Under the pieces are notes generated by a model. That model saw only the letters and a list, made by a program, of their open reading frames with translations. It made no database searches and was not told where the DNA came from. A stretch of 64,000 nucleotides of DNA from Takakia lepidozioides (Eukaryota; Plantae; Bryophyta): positions 51,274,001-51,338,000 of the forward strand of contig CM060732.1 of the NCBI GenBank assembly GCA_030704615.1, read 5' to 3'. Of this stretch, positions 24,533-37,760 are shown in pieces; position 1 is the stretch's first letter, and each line of letters starts with the position of its first letter. The position numbers and the translations under genes were made by a program.

Positions 24533-26016
24533 CGTCGCGCCGTGGTGCTTTGGGTCCGGACATATCCGAGCAACGAGGAGAGACGCCGCCTAGGAAAAAT
24601 AAATAAATAAATAAAACCAAAACAAATTTCTTTCTGGCACATGGCGGCGGAAACACGGACAGACGACGCCCGAAAAATAAGAAAAAATAATAATAATAAC
24701 TTAGAAAAATACTCCAAAACGATTTTTTATCACTGGTGCATGGGGGCACCGCGCGAGGCGGCCACGCGACAGTAACGGGGCGCCACCAGTGATAAAAAAT
24801 CATTTTTATTAATCGTTTAATTTATTATTATTATTATTATTATTATGGCGGCACCTGTCCGTGCTGTGCCACGTGGCTTAATTTAAAACTCTCTTTTTTA
24901 ATTTTTATTTATTAGCTTTCGAATTATTTTGGCGGCGCCTATTCCTGGTGCGCCACTGTCACAATATAAAATTCAATTTGCGTTCACACTATTTAATATT
25001 ATTTATTCTTATTTCTGGCCGCACATATCCACGCAGCACCATGTGGCAGCATTCAAACCTTTTTTTTTTCCTTCGCGCATGTCCGTGCCAGTATAATAGC
25101 ATCAATTTTTATATTTTTATGGATCCTAAGGTCTTTTTAGGTTTCTGCATTGTGTTACGTGAAGTGGTATTTATTTACTTATTTATTTGTCAATACCAAC
25201 TATTGATAAATCATATGGATTTGATAGACATTTTGTTGCCTGAAAATATGAACTTATTATTAGAAATACTAAAAAATACACATATTACAAAATTATTCTC
25301 ATAATTTGATAATAACGTGTTTATCTTATTGCAATAGACAGTTTTAAGTATATTTTTTGTTTGACCTTTCGGAAGTGTAAAATATGACTTATATATAGAA
25401 TTGGTTAGATTAATGTTACGAATAATATTTATTAAGATTAAATTGTGATTTGGTCATAAAATGATTATGTTCTAAATTCAATCATGTGTGAAGTAAGGTA
25501 CAATAAATCATGCACTACGGTTATTGACATCAATATCTGAATCGAAATGTTTGTTTTGTTTTGTTTTGTACAGTTGAGATGTCCCAAACCGTGAGGCCCC
25601 AGCCTTAGTGATTGGTACCGTCGGAAAGCCCTCGACGAGGAGGGGTGTATGGGCTTGGTCTCATCATTTTTGGACCTGCGGTTTGGGAGATGTGGAATTT
25701 CAAGTACTTTTGGTCGCTGGAAATTCGCAAAAAATAGCGAAGTGGGCATTCATGGGACAATGGTTGGATCCTCGACATGAGAGATATCAAGGGAAAGGTC
25801 TCTGGTTCAAATTTGGTCGTAGGCTCTATGGGAAAAATGATTAGATATGGCTTGTTTCATATATTGATGCACTTGGACTTAGATGATATTGATTGGACAC
25901 TTGGGCCAACAACACACGCTACCCAATATTGATTGGAGCCTCGATGGGAGATATATCAATAATGACTGGACTCAATAATTCATGGAATTTAAAAATAAAT
26001 AAAAATAACGAATACA

Positions 26017-26510
26017 GTGTTGATTGCAGAAATAGCAACATCTGATGCATCAGTCTGGAGCAAGAAATGTAATTCAAAGTTGAGAAACATCAAGATGGGT
26101 GCTGAGCAAAGGCTTTGCGGAGGGTATCAAATGCAGTTTGTTGGGAAAAAGTCCATTCAAACCTGGCATCCTTGCACAACACATTGGTTAAAGAGTGAAC
26201 AAGCTTTGCAAAGTTTTTTATGAAGCGTCTCTAATAAGAAGCCAGACCAAGGAAAGATTTGATGTTATGTTTATCCCTGGGAATGGGAAAGCCCCAAACA
26301 GATTCAAGCTTAGCAGGATCAGGAAGCAAACCATCCTTGGATAGGACATGACCAATAAAGTGCAGCTCAGGCATAAACAGCTCACATTTCTTTGGTTTAA
26401 GCTTAAGGCCTGCAGTGCGCAATTTGCTGAACAAACGCTGCAGATCACTCAAATGAGCATCAAAACTGGTTGAGTATACATTAATATCATCTACATAAAT
26501 TAGGGCACAC
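26017..26510 (-). mobile_element. Ty3/gypsy RT-RNase H fragment
   Basis: IYVDDINVYS...LKLKPKKC...FIGHVL...SFLGLASY, continuing past a stop to LQTDASDVAI. Confidence 0.85.
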
Positions 26511-28329
26511 TCTTGACGAGCCCTGGCGCGCGCACGCCAAGGTGACGGCATACTAGCTAGGGGAGGGGTCGTGGTAAGTCACGGTGTAGGTTGGGCTCGA
26601 TGAACCGCCTACCCGGCTGTGGTTAGTGCATGGGGTCCGCGAAATGCTAGGGGTGGTTGTCAACACTTTCTAATTCCTACCCGCACATAGTCCAACTATT
26701 TGTTTATGATTTTCAATATTTAATGTCTTCCAAGTCTTATTTACTGAACTATGCCCTACATGCCTGAGCTCCCAACCCGCTTATAGCCGGGATGAACCCT
26801 CAAATCTCTTCACAAAGCGAGTCCCGAGAGCTTTCCGCGGACATTAGTACCATTTCATGGGAAACGGGGACCATTTGTCTCCCGCCGAATGCCCCTCCGA
26901 TCCTAAGGTGGTTGAGTTCAACCTATCCTTGAGGAAGGGCCCGAATCCGCCCTCTCAAGCCGGGTTTTGGGGCGATCCAACTGACTTCACCTTCGAGTGT
27001 CAAATTCTAACCCCTCGGGCAAATAATATCGATATGACAAAGCCGGACTAAACAATTTCCAAGGTCCGGCGGAATCAACGACAAAAGCTCTTGGCCTAAG
27101 GCCCCTCCAACAACCGGGTATTTGCCTTCAAATATCCTGGCGGACGGGGTCATAACCTCCCTTAAAACTCAATTTTTAGTTTAAGGGGGTCCCCTTCAAA
27201 GGACTACTTTTGCCTAATAAACAATTGCCAAAAATAAAACAAATAATTAAGAAATCCCAAAAAATGCAGAAAATTCCTATGGCTAGGGAATCCCAAAGGG
27301 ATCATAGCAATACCCGAATTACCTCCAGGGTACTAGGGGAACATCCTGGGAACGCCCCTTCCATTTGGGAGCGCTGAAGAACCGCTCTCCACCTTGGGAA
27401 CGTCCATTCCTTTGGGAGCGCTGGTCCACCTTGGGAGCACCCCAATTCCTATGCACAACCCACTCAATAATCCATTAGCAACTTAAGACGGTCAACGGAC
27501 CAGGATGAATGAAAACCCACTTAATGGTTTTTCATCCGTTTGCAACTCTTGTGCATAAACAATGGCTAAAAATCCATTGGTTCATCTCGGGTCCATTCCC
27601 GGAACCTCTTTCCCCTACTTTCTATATAATCTGATTAATCTATGTGAGAAGCCAGCCTGGAATGAATTTAAAACATGTCATCTTCTACCTTTTGAAACCC
27701 CCCACCAAGGATCATTTCTTCCCTGTCTCTGGGCTATCTCTAACTGCCTCTGGCAAACACCCGCAAGCCGTACTCTCTTAAGCCTCGGGATACATATCAG
27801 TTTGATAGCCTCGATCAGGTCTCTCCAATAGTACCAACCATTCCTTATCCTAAGCTAAAATACCCCCTTACGTACATGCTAAAGGAGCAAACCCTATTTT
27901 AAGTAATTTTGAACTTTTGGCTTAAATCCGGACCAAACTTAATGTATAACATAATTAAAATTAATTCAGGTATTAATAATAATATCGTGGAATATTGAGT
28001 CATTCAACTTGTGAAGTTGCACAATCCCATTCATGTAACATCGAATGGTAAGTCAAATGACATACTTTGCATCAGAAAATTATAAAGATAAGATCGATTG
28101 AATGAAATTATTAATAAATTGATAGATGTATGACATAAACAGATGATTCAAGAAGATAATATACAAATAAAAAGTAAACATCCATACCATGCTTACAGTA
28201 TAGTAGTACCATGAACGAATGTATTGCAAGTTTTCAATTGATGGATTAAAACGTTGAATGGAATAAGGTTGGATTTCAATGAAACATGTGAATTATGTTT
28301 CAAAATATTTAGGGGTCATTCCAAAAGGT

Positions 28330-30070
28330 TCATATGACAACCAAATATTGTGGAAGAGTTTCATGTAGATTCAGCTATAAAGTCATTGAACCAAGCTGGA
28401 ATTAGGTTTTAGGTTATAGAGTTTGCTAGGGTACATTGAAATATAATACTTGGTATGAATGGAAAAGAAAATATGGGAAAGTGTACAGATGACTTGGTAC
28501 CTATGAAAATTTGTTAATGAAATATCCCAACCACAGATTGTATCCAAATTTCTATGAGGAATGTGAATCAAACAGTGGAGTTTGGTTTAGGGTTTAGGGT
28601 TTTAGAAAACTGTAAATGGACAAACAATTATGGAGTTTGAGTCTTTACGGGGTTTGCTATTCTATCAGCTATCAGCCATCAGTCAATCAGCCATCAGTGT
28701 GACGTGGATGCACAAACGGCGGCCACATAGCAATATAATATTTTCTCTCGGGCTGCTCGCAATTGTATGCTTGGATTTGTGATAAACAATAATGAAAAAT
28801 GACATGGGATTGTACTGACATGCCACCTTTGGCTACCCAAGGTAGAGGCTGAGCAGGAGAACATAAAGGCGAAAACAAAATAAATGGATGTCGAAAAAAA
28901 AATATAAAAAAATAAAACCAACATTGTCCTGACATGCACCTTTGGCTACCCAAGGTGGAGGCTGAGCGGGAGAACATAAAGGTAAAAACGAAATAAATGG
29001 ATGTTGAGAAGCAAAAAAAAAAAAAAAAACCAACATGAGATATGGATTTCTAACGTGGAAGAATTTTGCATGTTTTTTAGCCGTTTTAATCTCTAGCTTG
29101 GATTATCGTATGCTATGGAAATGTCCAATGATGCTGGTGAAAAATATATATATTTGTTGGACCTAAGTTGAACGAAGGTAGCTCTTCTGTCCTTGTATAA
29201 GGTACTTTTCGCTTTTTGGAATGTGATCTTTTATTCAATTTCAAACTCTTAATTTTTTTTTCCGGGCAGGTTCGTTGGGCAGATTGAAATGTTCTTGTTC
29301 ACCTTCGTTGACCTTCGTCACTGGTGGAATTGTGTTGTTAACTGACATAATAGGAGCTCTCAGTCTTTACCCATACGTAGAACAATTCATGAAATATTAT
29401 CCTCACCACTTCGACCGTACTCAAAATTGGAAGTAATAAATAAATAAGCATCAAACATTGAAATGAGGTTTTAGGGTATAGAGTTTGCGAGGGTACTAAC
29501 CATAGTACTCGGTATAAATGGAAAAGAAAATATTGGGAAGGGTACAGATGACCTGTCACCTGTGATTTAGGGTTTAGGGAATAAAATTTCCCAAACACAG
29601 ATTGTATCTAATCTATGAAGAATGCGCATCAAACAATGGAGTTATGTTTAAGGGCTTAGGGTTTAGGATTTAGAGAACTATAAATGGACAAACATTATGG
29701 AATGTGAGTCTTTACGTGGAGGTCGTACAACAATTCATGAAATATCCCCTCCACTTTGACCGCACCCAAAACTGGAAGCAATAAATTAAATAGGCATCAG
29801 ACATTGGAATTAGGTTTTAGGGTACGGAGTTGAGTAGTATAATAAACATACTACTGGGTATGAATGGACCAAAAAATCTGGGAAAATGTACAAGTGACTT
29901 ATCACCTAAGAAATTAGACTTGAATGAAATATCCCAAGGACCATTCTATTATGCCCAACCTTGTAACCCTTGAAGAATGCGCATCAAACATTCAAATTAG
30001 GTTTAGGGTATATGGTTTAAGGTGAGGACAATGTAAGGACTGAAGGCCCTAGAAGTATTGTCTTTAGAAG
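28330..30070. repeat. Three degenerate ~330-bp direct repeats containing TTTAGGG telomere-like motifs, plus a ~115-bp tandem duplication (28817-29036)
   Basis: Shared blocks (GGTATGAATGGAAAAGAAAA, TCAAACA.TGGAG, TTTAGGGTTTAGG, TAAATGGACAAAC) near 28450-28650, 29510-29720 and 29855-30060. Confidence 0.6.
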
Positions 30071-30726
30071 GTCCTAATAAGATAAATAAACCCAAGGTAA
30101 ATTTGACCTAAGATGACACGAAATAACGGGTGGCAAAGCAAGGTTCAGGACTGATTAGTGACGAAGAAAATTGAGAAGAATCTTAAGATAATTCGAAAAG
30201 GCAATAAAGGAAATGTAACTCTATACTTTAAGTCAGACTTACAGAAAGTTACTGACGAGTAATGGGAGAGGATTCACAAGATTCAAAAGTAGTAAACCGC
30301 GAGAAAGCTTGTCCATTGAAGCAACAACTTTCACAAATTGGCACGCGGTTTATACTCAGGACATTTTTTAGACCAATCATATGAGCCCAACAATACGACC
30401 ATGTGGACCGAGAATGAAGGAGATGGGCGAATCTGTTGAGGAGAAGACACTTTGGTGAGAACCAGAGAACCAAAAGAAATGGGTGTAATGTGAGAGATGA
30501 ACTGCAAAGAGAAAGAAGCAGTGACATCAGAAAAACTAAGAACTCCGGATGATCACTCGAGGTTCCTGAAACGTTACAAAGATGAGGTCCGGAAAAAAAC
30601 TGGTGCTGGCAAAGAAGGTAGATTAATATTTGAACACGTGAAGAGAAACAAATGGAGAGTGGAGGTAAAACATTAGTTTTATTCTTGAAAACATGCCGAG
30701 GAGTGAACCTCCACAATATATCATTG

Positions 30727-32892
30727 TCAACCTTGTTCTCCGCCAGAGGTTGCATTGTCTTCATTGTCTGACTGTTGATTGGCCTCATCCAAATTTGTTC
30801 GTGCTTTCTCCGCCTCCATCGCGATAATTTTCTTAGAGCTATAACGTGTTGTGTTTTTTCTGGTGGGCATTGTCCAAACAACAGAGTTAATGTGAATCCA
30901 CTGAGGGGGATCATCTGGATTGAACTCCCAAACTTTGGACCAACAATCTTTGTACCTGTCCAAATCGGAAGGGCTACTTTCTTTCTTGGGTCTCCACCAT
31001 TCAATGTGAACCTTCTTAAAATTCCTGGATCCTCTGTCGCGGACCACATCCGATATTGTTATCCCCATCCAGACTGGAAACGGCACAGTATCTACTGGTC
31101 GAACCAAAATGAAGAATCCGTTCTCAATATCCTTGAACGGATTTAGAGGCTACTTCGGTCTATCACACCGGGGGCCACAATACGGCTCCAAGACTTCATC
31201 TTCTTCCAACAAATCATCATTTGCAGGTGTATGGATTCCGTCTCTGTGGTGGTTGACAACCCACTTGGTTGAGGGCCAAAAACCCTCTTTAAGCGCAATC
31301 GAATGTTGTGATTCTCCAGGAATGGGAAGCTCAAGTTCTGCAAGGATTGCTTTCCAGTATTGATCATATTGTATCATGATGTTACGATAATGATCGTCAA
31401 GCAACATCCCCTTCTTCACTCCCTATATTTTTTAATTCCAGCTTTGATAAAAGATTGTTTATCGGATGAGTCATCTCCCATACCCCAAATTGTTATCATG
31501 ATGTTACGATAATAATGAGAGGTCTGCGTGGAAGCAAAACAGTGAAGGTCCGAAAAAAAAATATAGAATTCGGAAGGTGGTAAAAAGAAGAAGAACTGAC
31601 CTCATTACACTCCTCACGAAGTTTTTTCAGTTCAGTTCAGGTGGCAGAACTCGAAGAGTATCTCTCCGTCCGTCTCCAATACAGCGGGTCTTATGAGACA
31701 TAAGAACGGAATTTCCGTTTATAATCGACATTAAGTTTCCTTCAGCTTGACGAGTTTGTGGACGGGGCCGTTTCACTCCGGAATTCCCGTGCAACGATGT
31801 AACCACACCCTCTTTGCTTAGTTTTTTGTATTCCATGTAGGTTGAACGACCAATTCCGTGAATTGTCCACCAAGTTGTCTCACACACATCATCGCCCTCA
31901 ATGGTTATGTAGGCCTTTGTCGAAACCCCGTCGATTCGATGAAGTCTTTTGGGCACATCAAAACTGAGCTCTCTCCGATCGTCGTAAGAGGATCCCCAAT
32001 AAGTGATCTGGATAACGAGTATTTTTTTCCAGTCAAAATATTGGCAACACTGTTAATTGCAACGTTGTTTGCTGCTGATTTATCGAACTGTCTGCAGAGA
32101 GATGCAAGTATTTATCTTTTTGGAATCGTCTTTTTTCGGATCTTTTTTTGGTATGTTGAAACGCCGGTATGCTGTTTTTTTCACACCTTTCTTGTTGTGA
32201 CCAATATCTGTTTGTTCCTCGCTATTGATGAATCTATGAAGCTCATGTGATAATGCCTACCACTATCAATCAACCGAGTCTGCGTCAATGGCCAATTCAC
32301 GAGACACATGAGATTGGTCGAACCGCCATTCAAAATCTTTGTAACGAGCACCCCGACGTGATGTTGTCCAACTTTCTCACAAAGTATCACCTCGTCAGGA
32401 TGACATGCTTGAATTCTGCCCTCGTACAAAGCACTTTGTTCATCTCCAAGGAGAATACACATCTTATTTCTCCAACTGTCTCTACCCATAGCAACATCGT
32501 TATCCGGAGACGGCATTGACATGTCAGATTCAATTTATTCATTGAATTTTGGATCGGAATCATCCGCAGATGTCAATTCGACCTCCGAGAACTAAGGATC
32601 CTCATTGTTGGTGTTGGTGACAGTCCCAGTATCTTTTTGAATTTGCACAACATCCCAAACGACATGAGTTCCGATTGCTTCTCCCAAAGAGTCCGCATCC
32701 ATGTGCGGATATGGCAACGGTGTCGGATCGCAAGACACTATAACAACAGATATTGTGGACCCGTTTAGCTGTCGTCCATGGCAACTTCCGCAACCAATCA
32801 CGTTTGAGACATTCTGCTGTTGCGACAATAGAGTTCGAGCCCTGAAGAGTGAGGAAAACTTGTTGACCAGTTTGGAACAACGACATTTCCAC
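30727..32892 (-). mobile_element. Decayed DNA-transposon coding fragments (TnpA/Transposase_23-like domains followed by Sola-like transposase pieces)
   Basis: CHGRQLNG...PLPYP...SLGEAIGTHVVW (32890-32600) resembles the CACTA TnpA C-terminal domain. VCETTWWTIHGIGRSTY (31956-31627) resembles the Sola VC..F...HGI motif. EGFWP and PVWMG...VHIEWWRP fragments follow. All are minus strand and disrupted. Confidence 0.5.
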
Positions 32893-35800
32893 GAACCTCG
32901 CGCGATCGCGCGTGTATCCTACAACAGAGATGCTGGTGATTAATGATTTTGCACTATATCGATGAACAGTAAGAAAGAGTGAAATAATAAGTTACTGAAG
33001 TTTGTTTGGAAAAACTGAGGATGAAGATGAAAATGAATCTCGCGCGATCGCCCGCGTTTAGGGTTATAATGATTTGGGAATGGAAAATAGAACTCGGACT
33101 CTCGGATTATGTACTAGAATATAGAACGTAGGTTTGTATTGGTCGAAACAAAAATTTGTAGAAAAATCAAAAGATCTGCTAAAGCTACGACCCAAATATA
33201 CAACATTGTCTACGAATCCATAACAGAAATAAAACTATATCGATGGGCGTTCACGCGTGGTTTAGATGGATGAAATGAAGGACAGATGAATAATGGTAGA
33301 CGAGTTTCGGATGTCAAGTAAGAAAATGGATGAATAAATGAAAACATGGATGAACGAAACAGCTGTAGTGCGAGTGATCATTCGAAGTACATAAAACGGT
33401 CGGGTGTGTAGGTAAGATCTTTGCAGACAGTGGATGGGAACAGAGGAGCAGAGAGATAGAAGAGAAACCCAAATGAAGTGGAGAGGCTCTCAATATTGAC
33501 AGGAGTACAAAGGGAAGAATGAACGTAAGACAGACAGTCCTGAAGATCAGCGAGCCAGAGCAACTGAGAGGGAAAAAATGGCATAGGTGCACATGGCAGG
33601 CTCTTATACGGATTGTCAAACAGTATGAGGTTGACGTGTTCACATTACAGAGCTGCGTTTGGAGTGTCATGGATCGACAAATTGTCGCCCTTGATATGCT
33701 CTTCCGTGTAATCTAGTGGCTATTATGTGTCCTCCAGAGCATAAATTCAAGTATGAGTCTGAAATCCTCCGAACATTAAGGGGTCCATAAGTTATTGCGG
33801 CCAATGCGAATAACTAACTGATTCGAGATCTAGAATCTGACATCCAAAGCACCAGAGAAGCAGCAAATCCAATGTTGAATTAATGATTCAAGAGAAGGAA
33901 TAGTCGGCGATGAAAATGGCCGCCTCTTGAGGCCATTGTGATGAGCCGGCGGCCATCTATGGCAAAGTTACATTAAGTAGCCACAATGAACGTGGGGCCG
34001 TAGATGAGGTGTAGGTAGAAAAAATGTGAGACCGATCAAATCCCAGATGCACGTCCCAACACCTCATTATTGAACCTATGAATAATATTTTATCATTGGA
34101 TGAAATAAGAGCATACGCGGATGAAACAGATGTATACTGGATGAGATGACTGCCCTAATAGATGATTCAACTCCTCTCATGAATGAGCGCCGTCACGGGA
34201 ACCCGCAATAATTCTAGGGTGTTCACTTTATGAAGGCGTCGGATTGCCGCGCCGTAACGCTCCGGACAAACTAGTGGAGTTCATTCATCACTGACAGTCA
34301 TGTCGCATCATTGATTGTACCTGCATAAATTTAGCAAGCCGTTGGGACAAACATCCCGCCTTTCATTCATCCATGCATCGAGGCCACAAACCGTCGGATG
34401 CGACATAACGCCGACGGTTGAGATCACAGGTGGCAAGAGGTGCGAGAGAGAGTGACTAAGCGAGCGAGGTAGAGAGGTGGAGATTGAGGAAGCGAGAGAG
34501 AGAGAGAGATCGAGGGAGTGTGAGTTGGAGTGAGTGTGGGTTTGAGCAATTCACTGTGTGCGGGGGAGTGTGACAGAATGAAGGGAGGGCAAAACAAGAG
34601 AGTACGCTATCCCGGAAGTTGTTGTGCGCACCCGAGCGAGAGAGCTCATCCAGCCCTGCAGGGTGGATCCTTGCCTGAAATGACATCAAGCAGGTAAAAA
34701 AATTTCCCGTCTTCTTCGTGCATGCAATGAAAGATTCTTCCGTGGGCTGCAGAGATTGCAGGAAGGTAGAAGTTGCATGCTTGATTGATTGCTTGTTTGA
34801 GCGAATGATTGCTTGTTTTGATTGTTTTGATTTTTGGATTGATTCCAGGGTTAAAGAGGTAGGATGGTCGATAGAAGGATTGGGAATTGTTGAAAATTTC
34901 GGGATATGTATGCTTTCCTTGAGGAACGACTCCGGATTCGTGACATCAGGAATTCTGATTTCATAGGATTCGTAGGTACTGTTGGCAACTATTTAGGTTT
35001 TACAGCCTATGGTGTAGGCCTCAATAGTGGTCATTCCTTTTTGGGCCCAATATAAAGAGGGTCAGCTCTAGATTGATGTTCATTTGCAACCGCCATCCAA
35101 ACTTGGAGTGGAGAAGAAAGTGGAGTGGTGTCACGAACGTCAACAAATGCGCTTTAAGGTTAGTGTGGGGGTGTTGTGTATGCAACAGCCTGCAGTTTGC
35201 GTTGTGGATTTCTATTGTTTTGTGCTATGTTGTTGGACGTTTTAACAATAAGGAGAATAGAAAAAGGGAGGAAACAAGAAGAACAACGTCGAACATATGG
35301 GTGTAGCATGCGCAAAACCTTTAGTCAAGTGAAAAATTAATAAGAGTACATGTTGACTAAGGGGGTGTTGCGTACGCAACCACCTCTTTAGGGTTTAGGG
35401 TTTAAGATTTGGACATGTTCATGAAATGTAAGATATTTCATCATATTCAGTAGGGTGTTGCGTAAGCTACACCCTCATCTTCTCCTTGAAAATGAGAACC
35501 TAAGTTGGTAGGAAGATATCGACGACAATGAACATAGAGATGTTGCGCATGCTCTCTCATCTTTTACTTGCAGATCATAACATATGTAGAATTGTTTATT
35601 AGAAACATACCTGGAGTTATGTTGTCCATGTTTTGTTGAAACTCCATGAGTTTGAGAGATCGAACCACTAGAGTAATCCATGTGAAATGAACTCAAATTG
35701 GAGGCATAAGCCTCTTATACTGGTGGAAGGTATGTAGGTAGGTAGGTACTATTTGGTAGGTTTGTATTGTTTGATAGGTAGGTTGGTATTACTTGGGAGA

Positions 35801-37099
35801 TTTATAATGGTTGATAGATTACACATATCACATTAACGTTTAAATTATTTTTCTAAATATTGTGTGTAGGTTGGCTTCAGATGTGGCTGGAACGAAAAGC
35901 ACAGCGCATATTGTATGCCCAAAAAATCCTCCACCGCATCCTGAAGCTACAAGATCTGCAGAACCAAATTGTCCTGGTAGATGACAAAGATTGCGGAATG
36001 ATATAAGTTTGGAATTTTGGGATCATGGGTTTTATGTGGCCATTTACAAAAACAAGGATATTCAGAGACACCGTCTACATGATTATATGTGACAATCGAT
36101 CTGTTGACAAATCCTTACGCCACGCACAATTGTTGGGCATACTGAGAGGGATATTCGAAGCAGGAAAACGAATGACACTTCATTCAAAGCAAAAGTACAG
36201 TTAGTGGATACAAGGAGTGAACCGACATGTATAAGCTACAAAAATAATGTTTGTGTCGGTCAATACTATCTGTACTTCTTGAAAGACCAAACCCCATGAA
36301 AGATCTTCAATACCTTGTGAAATGGTGGAGTGAGCTTGATGAGGGAGAGCGAACTTGTACATAAAAACGGTCGATCTTAGCGATGGAACATGAGACGTGG
36401 TTCCAAACTCAGAGTCAATATGAAGAACCGGTGGTGCTCAACCCAATTGATTGATTTTCATATACTCATGATGGACGTCGTTTTCACTCGGAGCTTAATG
36501 TTTATGTGACTGACTCAGAAATAGAACGATACGGGACGCAGACTGGAATGAAATGAAGATTTTTTTACTGATGAAGAGTATGATAAGTGGATGAAGGATA
36601 TCCCAAATGTATTCCACAGAAAGGATGGAAACCAGACATGTCATATATGAAATAAAAGATGGTTGGAATTCATGGGTGCATTATGATCTTCTTTAATGGA
36701 TGTTTCTCCTTTATGATTTTGATAAATATATATTTTATAATATATGTACATATGATATTGTAATTATGTAGATGAATGTTTGATGTATGGATAAAAGACC
36801 CTAAAATATTGAAAGACTGCAATTACAATGTTTCATGCCAGTGATGACAAAACTCTTCGCACCTTAGTTTATAAGGTGTTGATGTAAACTCAGAACTATC
36901 ATCAATGGTTATATTGCAAATGGCAAAAAAAAAAACCTTTAACCAAAGTTGACACAAACAAATATCATTGCACCATTCGGCTACAGCCTCTTATTGGAGA
37001 TACGCCATTTCACTTCTCCTACAATAAAAGTGGACAAGCCATTGTCCACCTTTAACGAATACATTGTTTTTGTGTGATGTTATGTGGTTTGTGTTTAGG

Positions 37100-37760
37100 G
37101 CTCCAGGTTTCATGTTCTTCCAATGGATGGAAGCCACTGTCTGCTCCTGAACTACGCGCATGGGTTGGTATGATCTATATATTCATAGGTATCAAGAAGC
37201 TCCCAAATAGCAGGTACTACTGGGTGACTTCCAAGGTTTTTCTTACATGCCCTGTCATACGGAAGGTAATGACGAGAGATCATTTTGAGTCTATTCTACG
37301 TTGTCTCTATCTTATGGACTTTACTTTGGTTGCCGATCAAACAAGCCCTCAATTTGACTGGTGCTGTGATGAAATGGTGTCTAGGTTCAATCCCTGTGGA
37401 ACTTGAACCAAATTGTGGCTGTTGATGAAGTCATGATTCGCTACAAAAGAAAGTGCTGTGCAATTCGGCAGTATGTGCCCAAAAAGCCTATTAAATAAGT
37501 CATTAAAGTGTGGGCTTTGGCTGATTCTGTGATTACATTGGTGTAATATGATTTTGATGTTTACTACGAGAAAGGATGGGGCCCTGGTGACATGAAGGAG
37601 AAGAGTGGGAAGAGAGAGGGGTATGATGTAGTAAATGGGTTTGTCTTTGAATTGCATGGACACGGCCATGTCATTGTCACTGATATTTTTTCTCTTTTCC
37701 TCAATTGCTTTATGACATCGTCTTGCTTGACATTGGGTTACTGACATTGTGAGGCTAAAC
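37100..37760 (+). pseudogene. Degenerate piggyBac transposase fragment
   Basis: WKPLSAPELRAWVG...GIKKLP...VMTRDHFESILRCL, VAVDEVMIRYKRK...QYVPKKPIK*VIKVWALADS and GHGHVIVTD all align with the intact ORF at 41444-43555. Confidence 0.85.

Noticed and set aside
26511-27900. Short LTR-like unit (TCTTGAC...GTCAACA) and downstream retroelement-like ORF
   Set aside because: No partner LTR, PBS, TSD or recognisable domain could be confirmed.
30249-31049. 266-aa minus-strand ORF as a gene
   Set aside because: It is an alternative frame over the transposon fragment at 30727-31107 plus low-complexity downstream sequence.
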